From an uncultured Candidatus Saccharibacteria bacterium (lineage in GTDB: Bacteria; Patescibacteriota; Minisyncoccia; Phycocordibacterales; UBA9973), in NCBI GenBank assembly GCA_964527235.1, contig CAZGNC010000001.1:83220-147219 (forward strand): 64,000 nt of DNA, read 5' to 3'. Made by a program: the position numbers and the translations under genes. The notes under the pieces were generated by a model. It was not told the DNA's origin and made no database searches. It saw only the letters and a list, made by a program, of their open reading frames with translations. Shown in pieces: positions 28,566 to 37,926 of the stretch (position 1 is its first letter; the number at the start of each line of letters is the position of its first letter).

Positions 28566-29588
28566 ATGAAAAAAATAAGAGTTGGAATTAATGGTTTCGG
28601 TAGAATCGGACGAGCTTTTTTGAAAATAGCGTGGGAACGTCCAGAATTGGAGATAGTTGCAGTAAATGATTTGGGGGATGTGCACAACTTAGCTTATTTA
28701 TTAAAACATGACACAGTCTACAGAGAGTGGAAGCATGAGATAAGCGCTGAAGGACAGATAATTAAAATTGATGGAAAGGAAGTGAAAGTTCTAGCCGAGA
28801 AAGATCCTGCGATGCTTCCTTGGAAGGATTTAGAAGTAGATGTAGTTGTAGAGTCTACTGGACTTTTCACTTCTTACGATAAAGCTAATGCACACATTAA
28901 AGCTGGCGCTAAGAAAGTTGTAATTTCTGCCCCTTCAAAAGGTGGAGACGACAGTGTGCATGGAGAGACAATACTACTTGCGGTGAATGAAGAAAAATTC
29001 GGAACTTGTGATGTTACCTCGAATGCTTCTTGTACCACGAATGCAGCTTCTCCACTTATAGCGATACTTGATGAAACATTAGGAATCGAGAAAGCGATTT
29101 TAAGTACAGTGCATGGCTATACTGCATCTCAAGCATTAGTTGATGGTCCAAGCAAGAAAGACATGCGTGAAGGTCGTGCAGCAGCGCAAAACATAGTGCC
29201 TTCTTCTACAGGAGCAGCTATCGCAGTAACGAAAGCTTTTACCAAACTCGAAGGACTCTTTGACGGGATATCTATCCGCGTGCCAGTACCAGCGGGGTCT
29301 ATTGCGGATATTACTTTCATTTCCAAAAAAGAAACTACAGCTGAAGAAGTAAATGAAATATTGAAGAAAGCTGCGTCTGATAAAAGATGGCAAGGAGTTT
29401 TCGCTGTTACCGAAGAGCCACTCGTTTCGAGTGATATATTGGGCAATTCCCATGCATCCATCGCAGACCTCGAGATGACTCGAGTGGTGGGTGGTAATTT
29501 AGTGAAAGTTTTAGGTTGGTATGACAATGAAATGGGGTATACATATACGCTTGTAGACCACGTTATCAAAACAGGTCAGTTGATTTAG
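28566..29588 (+). CDS. gap: Glyceraldehyde-3-phosphate dehydrogenase, type I
   Basis: INGFGRIGR, SNASCTTN, WYDNE. Confidence 0.97.
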   Translation: MKKIRVGINGFGRIGRAFLKIAWERPELEIVAVNDLGDVHNLAYLLKHDTVYREWKHEISAEGQIIKIDGKEVKVLAEKDPAMLPWKDLEVDVVVESTGLFTSYDKANAHIKAGAKKVVISAPSKGGDDSVHGETILLAVNEEKFGTCDVTSNASCTTNAASPLIAILDETLGIEKAILSTVHGYTASQALVDGPSKKDMREGRAAAQNIVPSSTGAAIAVTKAFTKLEGLFDGISIRVPVPAGSIADITFISKKETTAEEVNEILKKAASDKRWQGVFAVTEEPLVSSDILGNSHASIADLEMTRVVGGNLVKVLGWYDNEMGYTYTLVDHVIKTGQLI

Positions 29589-29592
29589 TTAC

Positions 29593-29937
29593 ATGAAAAC
29601 TATAAAAAGTTACAGACTTCTTTTTCCACTTAGTCTTGTATTGCTTTTAATTGTTGCTGCCTCCGAAATGAATTTAAACCTAGAATTACGTTATGATGTA
29701 GCTATCCTTTTATTATTTTTCGGTTTAGTACTATTTGTTTTTAGCTTACTTGATATTATCTTATGTCTCGCTCGCGAAAAGATGAGTTTTGGACTAATAC
29801 CCCTTAATCAGAAATTTTCGAAAACGCTAAAATATTTTGGTTTAACAATAATCATCATAATTACAGTCATTATCGCAATTATCCTTGCCTACCTCGTGTT
29901 TTTTGTGTGGCAGGTTTCATTTGGGCACTGGTGGTGA
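29593..29937 (+). CDS. Hypothetical membrane protein
   Basis: 114 aa, three TM helices, very AT-rich. Confidence 0.6.
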   Translation: MKTIKSYRLLFPLSLVLLLIVAASEMNLNLELRYDVAILLLFFGLVLFVFSLLDIILCLAREKMSFGLIPLNQKFSKTLKYFGLTIIIIITVIIAIILAYLVFFVWQVSFGHWW

Positions 29938-30025
29938 TTAAAGTTGTATCTCCAAATTACCTTGATCTATTTTAGGAGTTATTGCGATAAGGTTGCTTTG
30001 TGTGGTGGTGTGGTATAATCATTAT

Positions 30026-30505
30026 ATGAAAATTTTTGTTGGAACAGATCATGCGGGGTATGTTTTAAAAGAGAAACTTGTGGTTTTGCTCAAGGGTCTT
30101 GGGCACGAAGTAGTTGATAAAGGAGCTTTCGGATACAACGAAGAAGATGATTATCCTGATTTTGTTATACCAGTAGCAGAAGAAGTTTCCAAGAATCCAG
30201 ATACCGTAAAAGGGATTATATTAGGAGCCACAGGTCAAGGAGAAGCTATGGTTGCTAATAAATTTCCTCATGTTCGTGCAGTTGTATATTATGGTGAAGC
30301 ACATAGTGTGGTGGATGATGAAGCCGATGTGGTAGAAAGATCCAGGGCGCATAATAATTCTAATATTCTTTCTTTGGGCGCCAGATATCTCACAGAAGAA
30401 ATTATGACTAATGCTGTTGCGTTGTGGCTCCAAACACCATTTAGTGAAGGAGAAAGACACATTCGTCGTTTGGCAAAAATTGATAAAATAAAAATAAATG
30501 GTTGA
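30026..30505 (+). CDS. rpiB: Ribose-5-phosphate isomerase B
   Basis: DHAG, DDYPD, GATGQGE (Glu-type active site as in mycobacterial RpiB), HNNSN, RHIRR. Confidence 0.93.
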   Translation: MKIFVGTDHAGYVLKEKLVVLLKGLGHEVVDKGAFGYNEEDDYPDFVIPVAEEVSKNPDTVKGIILGATGQGEAMVANKFPHVRAVVYYGEAHSVVDDEADVVERSRAHNNSNILSLGARYLTEEIMTNAVALWLQTPFSEGERHIRRLAKIDKIKING

Positions 30506-31190
30506 AGTAATTCCGGCAATTTTGCCGAAAAATTATGAAAATCTGAAAAACGACGTCGCGCTCGTGCGTGGGGTTGTTCCTCTAGTTCAAATAGATATAT
30601 GCGATGGAGTTTTCACCAAGTCTCGGACTTGGCCTTTCTTGGGTGGGGATTTCGATATTCACTTCAAGGCGATAATGAATGAAGAGGAAGGGATGCCTTT
30701 TTGGGAAGATATCGACTTTGAGCTTGATTTGATGGTAGCTGACGCGGTGGAGAATTTCGATATTTATACCAAACTTGGTCCGAAAAGTATTATTTTTCAC
30801 ATAGAAGCAGTAGGGAATTTGGAAAGTTTCAAGGATTTCATCGAAGGTATAGATATGTATATCAGAGATAGTATGAAAATTGGGGTAGCTATTAATCCTT
30901 CAACTCCACTTGAAAATATTTTCCCACTAATTTCTCACATTGATTTTGTGCAATGCATGGGTAACGACACATTGGGGCACCACGGTGTAGAACTAGATGA
31001 AAAAGTATATGAGAGAATAAAAATTTTACGAGAAAAGTATTCTGATCTACCCATCGCTATCGATATAGGTGTTGATCAAGACACAGCACCAGCATTAGTA
31101 GAAGCAGGAGTTACTAAACTTGTCTCAGGCTCTGCTATTTTCAACACTGATGATATAATTGATACTGTAGAACGTTTTCGAAATTTATAA
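30498..31190 (+). CDS. rpe: Ribulose-phosphate 3-epimerase-like protein
   Basis: IPAIL, IDICDG, GVAINPST, VSGSAIF; sits between rpiB and transketolase. Confidence 0.85.
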   Translation: MVEVIPAILPKNYENLKNDVALVRGVVPLVQIDICDGVFTKSRTWPFLGGDFDIHFKAIMNEEEGMPFWEDIDFELDLMVADAVENFDIYTKLGPKSIIFHIEAVGNLESFKDFIEGIDMYIRDSMKIGVAINPSTPLENIFPLISHIDFVQCMGNDTLGHHGVELDEKVYERIKILREKYSDLPIAIDIGVDQDTAPALVEAGVTKLVSGSAIFNTDDIIDTVERFRNL

Positions 31191-31191
31191 T

Positions 31192-32052
31192 ATGCTAAGC
31201 GACAAGAAAATTTTAGATTTAGAATTACAAGCGAACGAAGTTCGTAAATCTATTATTGAGATGTTGGTAGAAGCAGGTAGTGGTCACACAGCAGGGCCTC
31301 TGGGCATGGCTGATATTTTCACGCTTTTTTATTTTGATATTTTAAAAAATGATCCCAAGAACACTTCTTGGGAAGATCGTGACCGACTAGTGCTTTCCAA
31401 TGGACACATTGCTCCAGTTTTGTATTCTGCTATGGCGCATGCAGGGTATTTCCCAGTTTCTGAGCTTAAAACTTTACGTAAATTTGGGACTAGGCTTCAA
31501 GGTCATCCACACAGAGAGTTTATGCCTTGGCTCGAGACGTCATCAGGCCCTCTCGGCGCAGGACTTTCCCAGGCTGTTGGTATGGCGCTAGCTGATAGAA
31601 TCGATAAGAAAGATGGAGATAGATATATATATTGTTTTATGTCTGATGGTGAGCTCGGAGAAGGGAATTCCTGGGAGGCAATAATGCTTGCAGGGAAAAA
31701 TCAATTACGAAATCTCATCGCTATTATTGATAGAAACAATATTCAGATCGACGGGAACACAGAAGACGTGTTGCCCCTCGAACCTCTTGCTTCAAAATGG
31801 AAAGCTTTTAATTGGCATGTGATTGAAGTGTCAGGACATGATTTTCTGGCGCTTAAGCAAGCAGTAGTTGAAGCGCAAGCAATATTTGAAAAGCCGACAG
31901 TGATAATAGCACACACCATCCCAGGTAAAGGTGTGCATGAATTTGAGCGAGATTATACCTGGCACGGTAAACCACCCTCAAAAGAAGAAGCCAAGATGGC
32001 CCTGGCTGAGCTTCATACTCTTGGTGGTAAAATAAAAAGTGAACATCAATAA
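31192..32052 (+). CDS. Transketolase, N-terminal subunit
   Basis: SGH, DRLVLSNGH, LQGHP, SDGELGEG TPP motif, WHGK. Confidence 0.95.
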   Translation: MLSDKKILDLELQANEVRKSIIEMLVEAGSGHTAGPLGMADIFTLFYFDILKNDPKNTSWEDRDRLVLSNGHIAPVLYSAMAHAGYFPVSELKTLRKFGTRLQGHPHREFMPWLETSSGPLGAGLSQAVGMALADRIDKKDGDRYIYCFMSDGELGEGNSWEAIMLAGKNQLRNLIAIIDRNNIQIDGNTEDVLPLEPLASKWKAFNWHVIEVSGHDFLALKQAVVEAQAIFEKPTVIIAHTIPGKGVHEFERDYTWHGKPPSKEEAKMALAELHTLGGKIKSEHQ

Positions 32053-32054
32053 AA

Positions 32055-33059
32055 ATGCTTAATCCAAAATTAAAATTAAATCCTAAAATTTTCTCTCAAG
32101 ATGTAGAGCAAGCCCCTATTCGTAAAGGTTTCGGCGAAGGTTTAGTAAAAGCAGGGGAAGAAAACTCCCAAGTGGTTGCCCTGTGTGCAGATCTCACAGA
32201 GTCTACTCAGATGCACCTTTTCAAAGCGAAATTTCCTGAAAGGTTTGTAGAGATTGGTGTAGCAGAACAGAATCTCGTTACCGTGTCTTCAGGAATGTCT
32301 GCGATGGGCAAGATCCCTTTTTGTTCTTCTTATGCGATGTTTTCTCCTGGAAGAAATTGGGAACAAATTCGCACTACTATTGCTTATAACGATAGGAAGG
32401 TTGTGGTAGTGGGAAGCCACGCCGGAATTTCTGTGGGCCCAGATGGCGGAACTCATCAAGCCCTAGAAGACATTGCACTCATGCGAGTAATTCCTAACAT
32501 GGATGTAATTTCTCCATGTGATGTTATAGAGGCTAAGAAAGCGACACTTGCTTTAGCGAAATCTAAACGACCTGCGTATCTACGCCTAGCACGTGAGAAA
32601 ACTCCAGTAATTACAACCGAAGAAACCCCGTATGAAATAGGTAAGGCAGAAATATATTGGATGCCTGAAGTCGGTGTAGCGCAAGTAGGTATTGTTGTGA
32701 CTGGTGGTTTAATTTCTCGTGCATTATTCGCTGCGAAAGAATTAGAAGAAGAGGGAATCAAGACTAAAGTATTAAATCTCTCTTCCATTAAACCATTAGA
32801 CTCTGATGCGATACTAAAATTAGCTAAAGAAGTAAATGCAATAGTGACAGTTGAAGAACATCAAGTCGCTGGGGGGATGGGCAGCGCGGTTTCTGAATTT
32901 CTTTCTCAGAATTATCCAGTTATTGTTGAGCGTGTCGGTGTGCGGGATCAGTTTGGACAATCAGGTACCCCAGATGAGCTAATAGAGCACTATGGCATGG
33001 GGAAGAATTCTATAAAAGAGTCTGTTAAAAAGGTTCTAAAGTCCAAAAGAGCGCAATAA
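32055..33059 (+). CDS. Transketolase, C-terminal subunit
   Basis: GVAEQN, GPDGGTHQ, YLRLAR, VEEH, FGQSG. Confidence 0.95.
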   Translation: MLNPKLKLNPKIFSQDVEQAPIRKGFGEGLVKAGEENSQVVALCADLTESTQMHLFKAKFPERFVEIGVAEQNLVTVSSGMSAMGKIPFCSSYAMFSPGRNWEQIRTTIAYNDRKVVVVGSHAGISVGPDGGTHQALEDIALMRVIPNMDVISPCDVIEAKKATLALAKSKRPAYLRLAREKTPVITTEETPYEIGKAEIYWMPEVGVAQVGIVVTGGLISRALFAAKELEEEGIKTKVLNLSSIKPLDSDAILKLAKEVNAIVTVEEHQVAGGMGSAVSEFLSQNYPVIVERVGVRDQFGQSGTPDELIEHYGMGKNSIKESVKKVLKSKRAQ

Positions 33060-33067
33060 TTTGTTAT

Positions 33068-33076
33068 TGTGGATAA
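33068..33076 (-). promoter_or_regulatory. DnaA box upstream of a surface-protein gene
   Basis: TGTGGATAA, reverse complement of TTATCCACA. Confidence 0.55.
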
Positions 33077-33118
33077 CTTTATTTATAAGCTTAAGCTCTA
33101 GGGTGATATAATTAATTT

Positions 33119-36100
33119 ATGAAAAAATTCATAATTGGCTTTTTATTTTTTGGAACTTTTTTATTGATTCCAAGTATTAGTCTTGCTCAGACTTCAGGAT
33201 TTGGTGGTTATGATCCTAATAAGCCTCCAGCAGGTTATGATGCTGATTGTTGGGCAACTAAATTTTCTAGCCAAGGCGTGGGAGTTGACCTAAGAACAGG
33301 AAAGAGTGTTGATTTCCATTGTCGTGCTTTGACTGATAATACTACTGCGAAGTTTCCCAATGATTGGTATCAATGGACTGCTCAGCAATGGCAAACCATG
33401 TTTGCGGATGTGAAAACCAATCCTTATATCAAAGGTACCGTCACCGCGACGACTTTTTCTTGGGCAGAACAAGCTTATAACCAGGCTGGCATAAAAGCTG
33501 CGGCTGATTTAATGGCGCATAACTTAACAGTATCTCAAGCTGTTTCGGGAAATTGGCCAGGAGGACCTAATTATAAACCAGTTACTACTTCTTCCAATTC
33601 CACCAGTTCAGCAACTGTTGATGTAAAAGCAGATGGTCAGGATGGAGGAGTGAGTGTTCCAGCTTTTTCTAATGTTTCTATCTCTTGGACTTCAAGCGGT
33701 ATGAATGTTTGTAATATTTCTGCTCCAGATGCAAGTTCTCGTGTTTCCAATAGCGGTTCTTTAACAATGACCGTCCCATCTAGAATTGGATACACAAATA
33801 ATTGGCCATATACGATTTATTGTCTGGATTCAGGTGGTCAGAGATTTTCAGATACAGTTACAGTGAGTGCTACTCCAGCGTCTTTCCCTGCGAAGCCTGC
33901 ACCAATACCATTCATTGCTACTATGGCTAGTGGTTCTGATTGCCAGGCTGTAAATATTTCTTGGGGTTCATATGATTTAAATACAGCTTCAAGTTTCAAT
34001 ATATATCGAGATAGTATTAAAGTTGGTAGTGTAAACGCTAATGTATATAACTATCAGGACACAGGTCTGGTTGTCGGTAAAACTTATAGATATACAGTAC
34101 GAGCTGTTGGTACAAATGGTGAGTCTTTAGATTCGAATGCATCCTCATCTATTCCTAGTGGTTCTTGCAGTTCGTCAAATCCTAATCCCTCAACTATCAC
34201 ATACCCAACTCCAACCCTACCCACAACCACGACAACTACCACCAAAACTACACCCAACGTATTACCAGTAGGTTGTTCTACTACCGCAGGGCTAAGTCCA
34301 ATAACAGGAATTGCTTGCTCGAGTAATGGTGCAACAACCTACTATACTTCTTCAACTCCTACAGTGAAGGCCTCAGGATCATTGCCAATAAATCTTATCG
34401 CTTCTCCGTCTTCGATTTCTGCTGGTCAGGCGTCTACAATTGCGTGGAGTTCTACGGGGTTCACATCTTGTTCTAGTATAGATTTTTATGTTCCAAGAGG
34501 GAATTCAACTGCGGGTTCTGCTGTGGTGTATCCATCTAGAACCACAACATTTTGGATTGAATGTACAAAATCTTCTGGTGTAGAACAAAAGTCAGTCACT
34601 ATAACTGTAGGTGGCACTGGTAGTTCGTCTTCTGGTGGTTATGTGCCTCCCACCACGACTCTACCTATTGGAACAACACCACCTACTGTTGGCACTCCAA
34701 CGGTTGTACCGTCTTCTTACTGTGTTGGTAATGTTTTACCTACCATTCCGACCCCACCAGGACCGGTACCAACAGGTTGGGATGGTGTGTACACACGCGC
34801 TATTGATTTGATGGCGACAATGCAAAACAACATGAGTACCAACTATGTACTCGCGGCTCAATATAATTTACTTTCTGCTATGTTGGGAGCTCAGGGTGGG
34901 CAAAATGATTACACTCCGCCAGCAAATATCGCACCATTTCATACCTGGGTTAATTTAGTTTACAGAGCAGGGAGTGCTTGGGTGGGTGAAAGGGCTGTTA
35001 CAGGTCCTAATGGGCAAGGAATTCTACAAACTACCACTACTGGATCGTCACTATCTCAGTTGTTAAATTCTTACGGTGTTAATTGGCTACCTACATGTCC
35101 AGGGTCTTCTGGAACTGGTTCAGGAAGTGCCGTAATAACTTCTTTTACTGCGTCTCCTGATTCAATTTCTTCTGGAAATTCTTCAACTCTTTCTTGGACT
35201 ACAAGAAATGCTTCTTCCTGTGAAATAATAGGATCAATTAATGAAACAGTTCCAGTAAATGGGAAAAAAGTTGTTAGCCCTTCGGAGACTTCGTATTATG
35301 TTTTGCAGTGCACGAGTGCCAATGGGGTTACTGGTGTCGGGAAATATGTAACTGTCGATGGTTTACCTTTTGTGCCGAAAAATCCTGTGATTTCTATAGA
35401 TGTGTCTCCAAATATTATTACAGTTCCTCCTCTGACTTCAAGGACAATTGATGCGACTGTTAGCTGGAGCACAACTAATGCCATAACATGTTCAGGTGAC
35501 TTTGATGTTAATAGTGGTTCTGTAAAAAAAGCTCTTTCTGGATCAGAAATTGTTAAGATTCAAGTACCACCTAGTGCCTCGGGTGATACAGAAAGACATG
35601 TATTTACTTTGACTTGTGGAGGGGTGGGCACTAATAACATTTCTAAGTACACTACTTTAGATGTTAAGATCAGCAATGCGTCTCAGTCAAATTCTACAAA
35701 ATTTAAGGTTGGAGATAGTGTGTCTACTACTTCAATGTTGAACGTTCGTAGTTCAGCATCGATCAATGGTCAGGTATTAGGTACTCAAGCCAGGGGCGCA
35801 GTAGGTAAAATTATTAGCGGTGGTAATTACATAGATGGATATTATTGGTGGCAGGTTGATTATGTGAATGGCGATGACGGATGGAGTGCAGAGAACTATT
35901 TAACCAAGAGCACAAGTTCTTCTAGTACATCTTCTGGTGTACCTGCGTCTGTGAATGTAACTGGAGTTAAAGATGGGGATACAGTTTCTGGCACCTTGCA
36001 ACTCGGATTTGATTTTACTGGTGATACTTGTACATCCACTGATGGTGTTACCAAAGCCCCTTGCTCCTTGAATTGGCATACAGTAATTCTTTTAAGGAAT

Positions 36101-36580
36101 GACTCCGTGACTCAGGATTTTCTAGGATACAGAAACAGTTCTGATCCTTTTATTACAACACTAGATACAAAAACTTTAGCCGATGGTTGGCATGTAATTA
36201 TGGTTAGACCACAAGTAAATGTTCCTGTTGGGTTTACTCTAGACATGACGAAAGCGATTTATTTTAAAGTTGATAACAACAAGGCCGCGAAAACAACTCT
36301 TATAACTTCTCCTTTGGGTGTATCAACGACTAATGGAGGCACAATACAAGTAGATGCTCAGACCTCAAATTCTGCTGCCAATGTTCAATTTTTTGTTGGC
36401 AACGGCATATATCAAACAGTTGCCCCAATAAATGGCAAAGCCAGCGTGAATGTGTCTTATTCACAATTCAAGAACAATACAGGTATTCCTTTGTGGCCTG
36501 TACAGATATGTGCTCAGGCTAATTTCTCAGCAACTGGAGGTTTCTCTACCAGCACACCTGATTGTGTGTTTGTTAAATAG
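33119..36580 (+). CDS. Large secreted S/T/P-rich surface protein with FN3, Ig-like and bacterial SH3 domains
   Basis: Signal peptide ending SLA; FN3 YQDTGL...YRYTVRAV...ES; SH3b LNVRSS...WWQVDY...GWSAENYL; repeated ASPxSIxxG...W(S/T) Ig units. Confidence 0.8.
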   Translation: MKKFIIGFLFFGTFLLIPSISLAQTSGFGGYDPNKPPAGYDADCWATKFSSQGVGVDLRTGKSVDFHCRALTDNTTAKFPNDWYQWTAQQWQTMFADVKTNPYIKGTVTATTFSWAEQAYNQAGIKAAADLMAHNLTVSQAVSGNWPGGPNYKPVTTSSNSTSSATVDVKADGQDGGVSVPAFSNVSISWTSSGMNVCNISAPDASSRVSNSGSLTMTVPSRIGYTNNWPYTIYCLDSGGQRFSDTVTVSATPASFPAKPAPIPFIATMASGSDCQAVNISWGSYDLNTASSFNIYRDSIKVGSVNANVYNYQDTGLVVGKTYRYTVRAVGTNGESLDSNASSSIPSGSCSSSNPNPSTITYPTPTLPTTTTTTTKTTPNVLPVGCSTTAGLSPITGIACSSNGATTYYTSSTPTVKASGSLPINLIASPSSISAGQASTIAWSSTGFTSCSSIDFYVPRGNSTAGSAVVYPSRTTTFWIECTKSSGVEQKSVTITVGGTGSSSSGGYVPPTTTLPIGTTPPTVGTPTVVPSSYCVGNVLPTIPTPPGPVPTGWDGVYTRAIDLMATMQNNMSTNYVLAAQYNLLSAMLGAQGGQNDYTPPANIAPFHTWVNLVYRAGSAWVGERAVTGPNGQGILQTTTTGSSLSQLLNSYGVNWLPTCPGSSGTGSGSAVITSFTASPDSISSGNSSTLSWTTRNASSCEIIGSINETVPVNGKKVVSPSETSYYVLQCTSANGVTGVGKYVTVDGLPFVPKNPVISIDVSPNIITVPPLTSRTIDATVSWSTTNAITCSGDFDVNSGSVKKALSGSEIVKIQVPPSASGDTERHVFTLTCGGVGTNNISKYTTLDVKISNASQSNSTKFKVGDSVSTTSMLNVRSSASINGQVLGTQARGAVGKIISGGNYIDGYYWWQVDYVNGDDGWSAENYLTKSTSSSSTSSGVPASVNVTGVKDGDTVSGTLQLGFDFTGDTCTSTDGVTKAPCSLNWHTVILLRNDSVTQDFLGYRNSSDPFITTLDTKTLADGWHVIMVRPQVNVPVGFTLDMTKAIYFKVDNNKAAKTTLITSPLGVSTTNGGTIQVDAQTSNSAANVQFFVGNGIYQTVAPINGKASVNVSYSQFKNNTGIPLWPVQICAQANFSATGGFSTSTPDCVFVK

Positions 36581-36592
36581 TATATTGTCAGC

Positions 36593-37594
36593 CTAGTTTT
36601 CTTTAGGAGTATAAGACGCAGGGGCTACAGAGAGGAACTTTTCAAGACTTTCTCTACTGAGTAGCCCTTCTTGCGCTCCTACTTTCTGAACTACAGACAT
36701 TGAGTTTATTGGCCCCCATTTTAGTGCTTCAAGAGGGGATTTACCAAGCGCTATGGCTGAGGTCAAGGTAGAAGAAAATGCATCTCCTGCGCCAGTTCTT
36801 TCAACTGGGGGAGCTATATCTGGGTATATTGGTATGTGCCAAAGCTTGTTGTCTTCATACAGATATGCGCCATTAGGGCCGTCACTTATTGATACAATTT
36901 TAGGACCTAGGTTGCGGATCCCTTCAGAAAGAGTTCGAACATCCTTCGTGTCTATGCCCAGTATCCTCTGAGCTTCTTCTAGGTTACAGAAGAATATCTC
37001 AGTTCTTTGGTATATTTCTTTTAGTTTTTCTGTGCCGAGTTTCATCTGAAAAGTCCCTGGTTGGAATGCGAGCTTAACATCTCTATTTTCTCTAAGATAT
37101 TTGGCAATTTCTTTATGATATTCTAGAGAATTTTCCCCCAAAGAGCTTAGATATACCCAAGCCACCTTAGGCATACCAAGAAATGGCTTAGGGAATTTGT
37201 AAGAAAATTTTTCGTGTTTGATTAGGATGGTTCGATCTACATCATAAGACAAAACATAGTGGTAATTTGTTTTCTTACCTTTCTCTTTTGTGACGAATTT
37301 TGTTTCTATGCCATCATTTTTTAAACTTTTCAGGCATTCTTCACCATCTTTGTCGTCACCGATGTTGGTAATTAAAGCTGAGTGAAGTCCTAACCGTGAA
37401 GCAGAAACGGCGGCATTTGCACTATTGCCTACAGCGGGTAAAACTTTAACATCTTCATAAGGAACTTTATCACCGAAACGCAGACATAATTCACAAGAGT
37501 CTGTATCGATCTTGCAGTGCACATGTGCATCTTTTAACTTTATAAAAGCATCAACAACCACATCACCAATAGCTAAGAAATCAATTTTTTTCAT
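36593..37594 (-). CDS. PfkB-family carbohydrate kinase
   Basis: GNSANAAVSASRLG, NLEEA, ERTGAGDAF. Confidence 0.93.
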   Translation of the reverse strand: MKKIDFLAIGDVVVDAFIKLKDAHVHCKIDTDSCELCLRFGDKVPYEDVKVLPAVGNSANAAVSASRLGLHSALITNIGDDKDGEECLKSLKNDGIETKFVTKEKGKKTNYHYVLSYDVDRTILIKHEKFSYKFPKPFLGMPKVAWVYLSSLGENSLEYHKEIAKYLRENRDVKLAFQPGTFQMKLGTEKLKEIYQRTEIFFCNLEEAQRILGIDTKDVRTLSEGIRNLGPKIVSISDGPNGAYLYEDNKLWHIPIYPDIAPPVERTGAGDAFSSTLTSAIALGKSPLEALKWGPINSMSVVQKVGAQEGLLSRESLEKFLSVAPASYTPKEN

Positions 37595-37686
37595 CCTGTT
37601 AGAAGTTAAAATTAAATTATAATACCCAAACAATTCTCGTTATTGAAATTTGTAACGGGATTTATGTTAAAATTATATCATACAAT

Positions 37687-37803
37687 ATGAAATTTTTCTT
37701 AATTTTTGTTATTTTCTTGGTCTTGCTTGCAGTTTTGGTTTTTGTGTTGCGTAAAACCAAAAATCAGACAAAAATCGGCGACGATTTTGAGATTCTGGAG
37801 TAG
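37687..37803 (+). CDS. 38-aa single-TM peptide (not in the ORF track)
   Basis: MKFFLIFVIFLVLLAVLVFVLRKTKNQTKIGDDFEILE*. Confidence 0.5.
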   Translation: MKFFLIFVIFLVLLAVLVFVLRKTKNQTKIGDDFEILE

Positions 37804-37926
37804 TAATTTCGACAAGTTAGGGCACTGAACTTTTCGGTGTAATTTTTCGCGTAAAAAGTTATGCACAACTGTTGAAAAACCCTATATTGCAAAAGAAAAA
37901 TATGCTAAAATTAACTTGTTACACTA

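Noticed and set aside
33068-33076. Replication origin
   Set aside because: DnaA boxes are isolated, with no cluster and no dnaA/dnaN nearby
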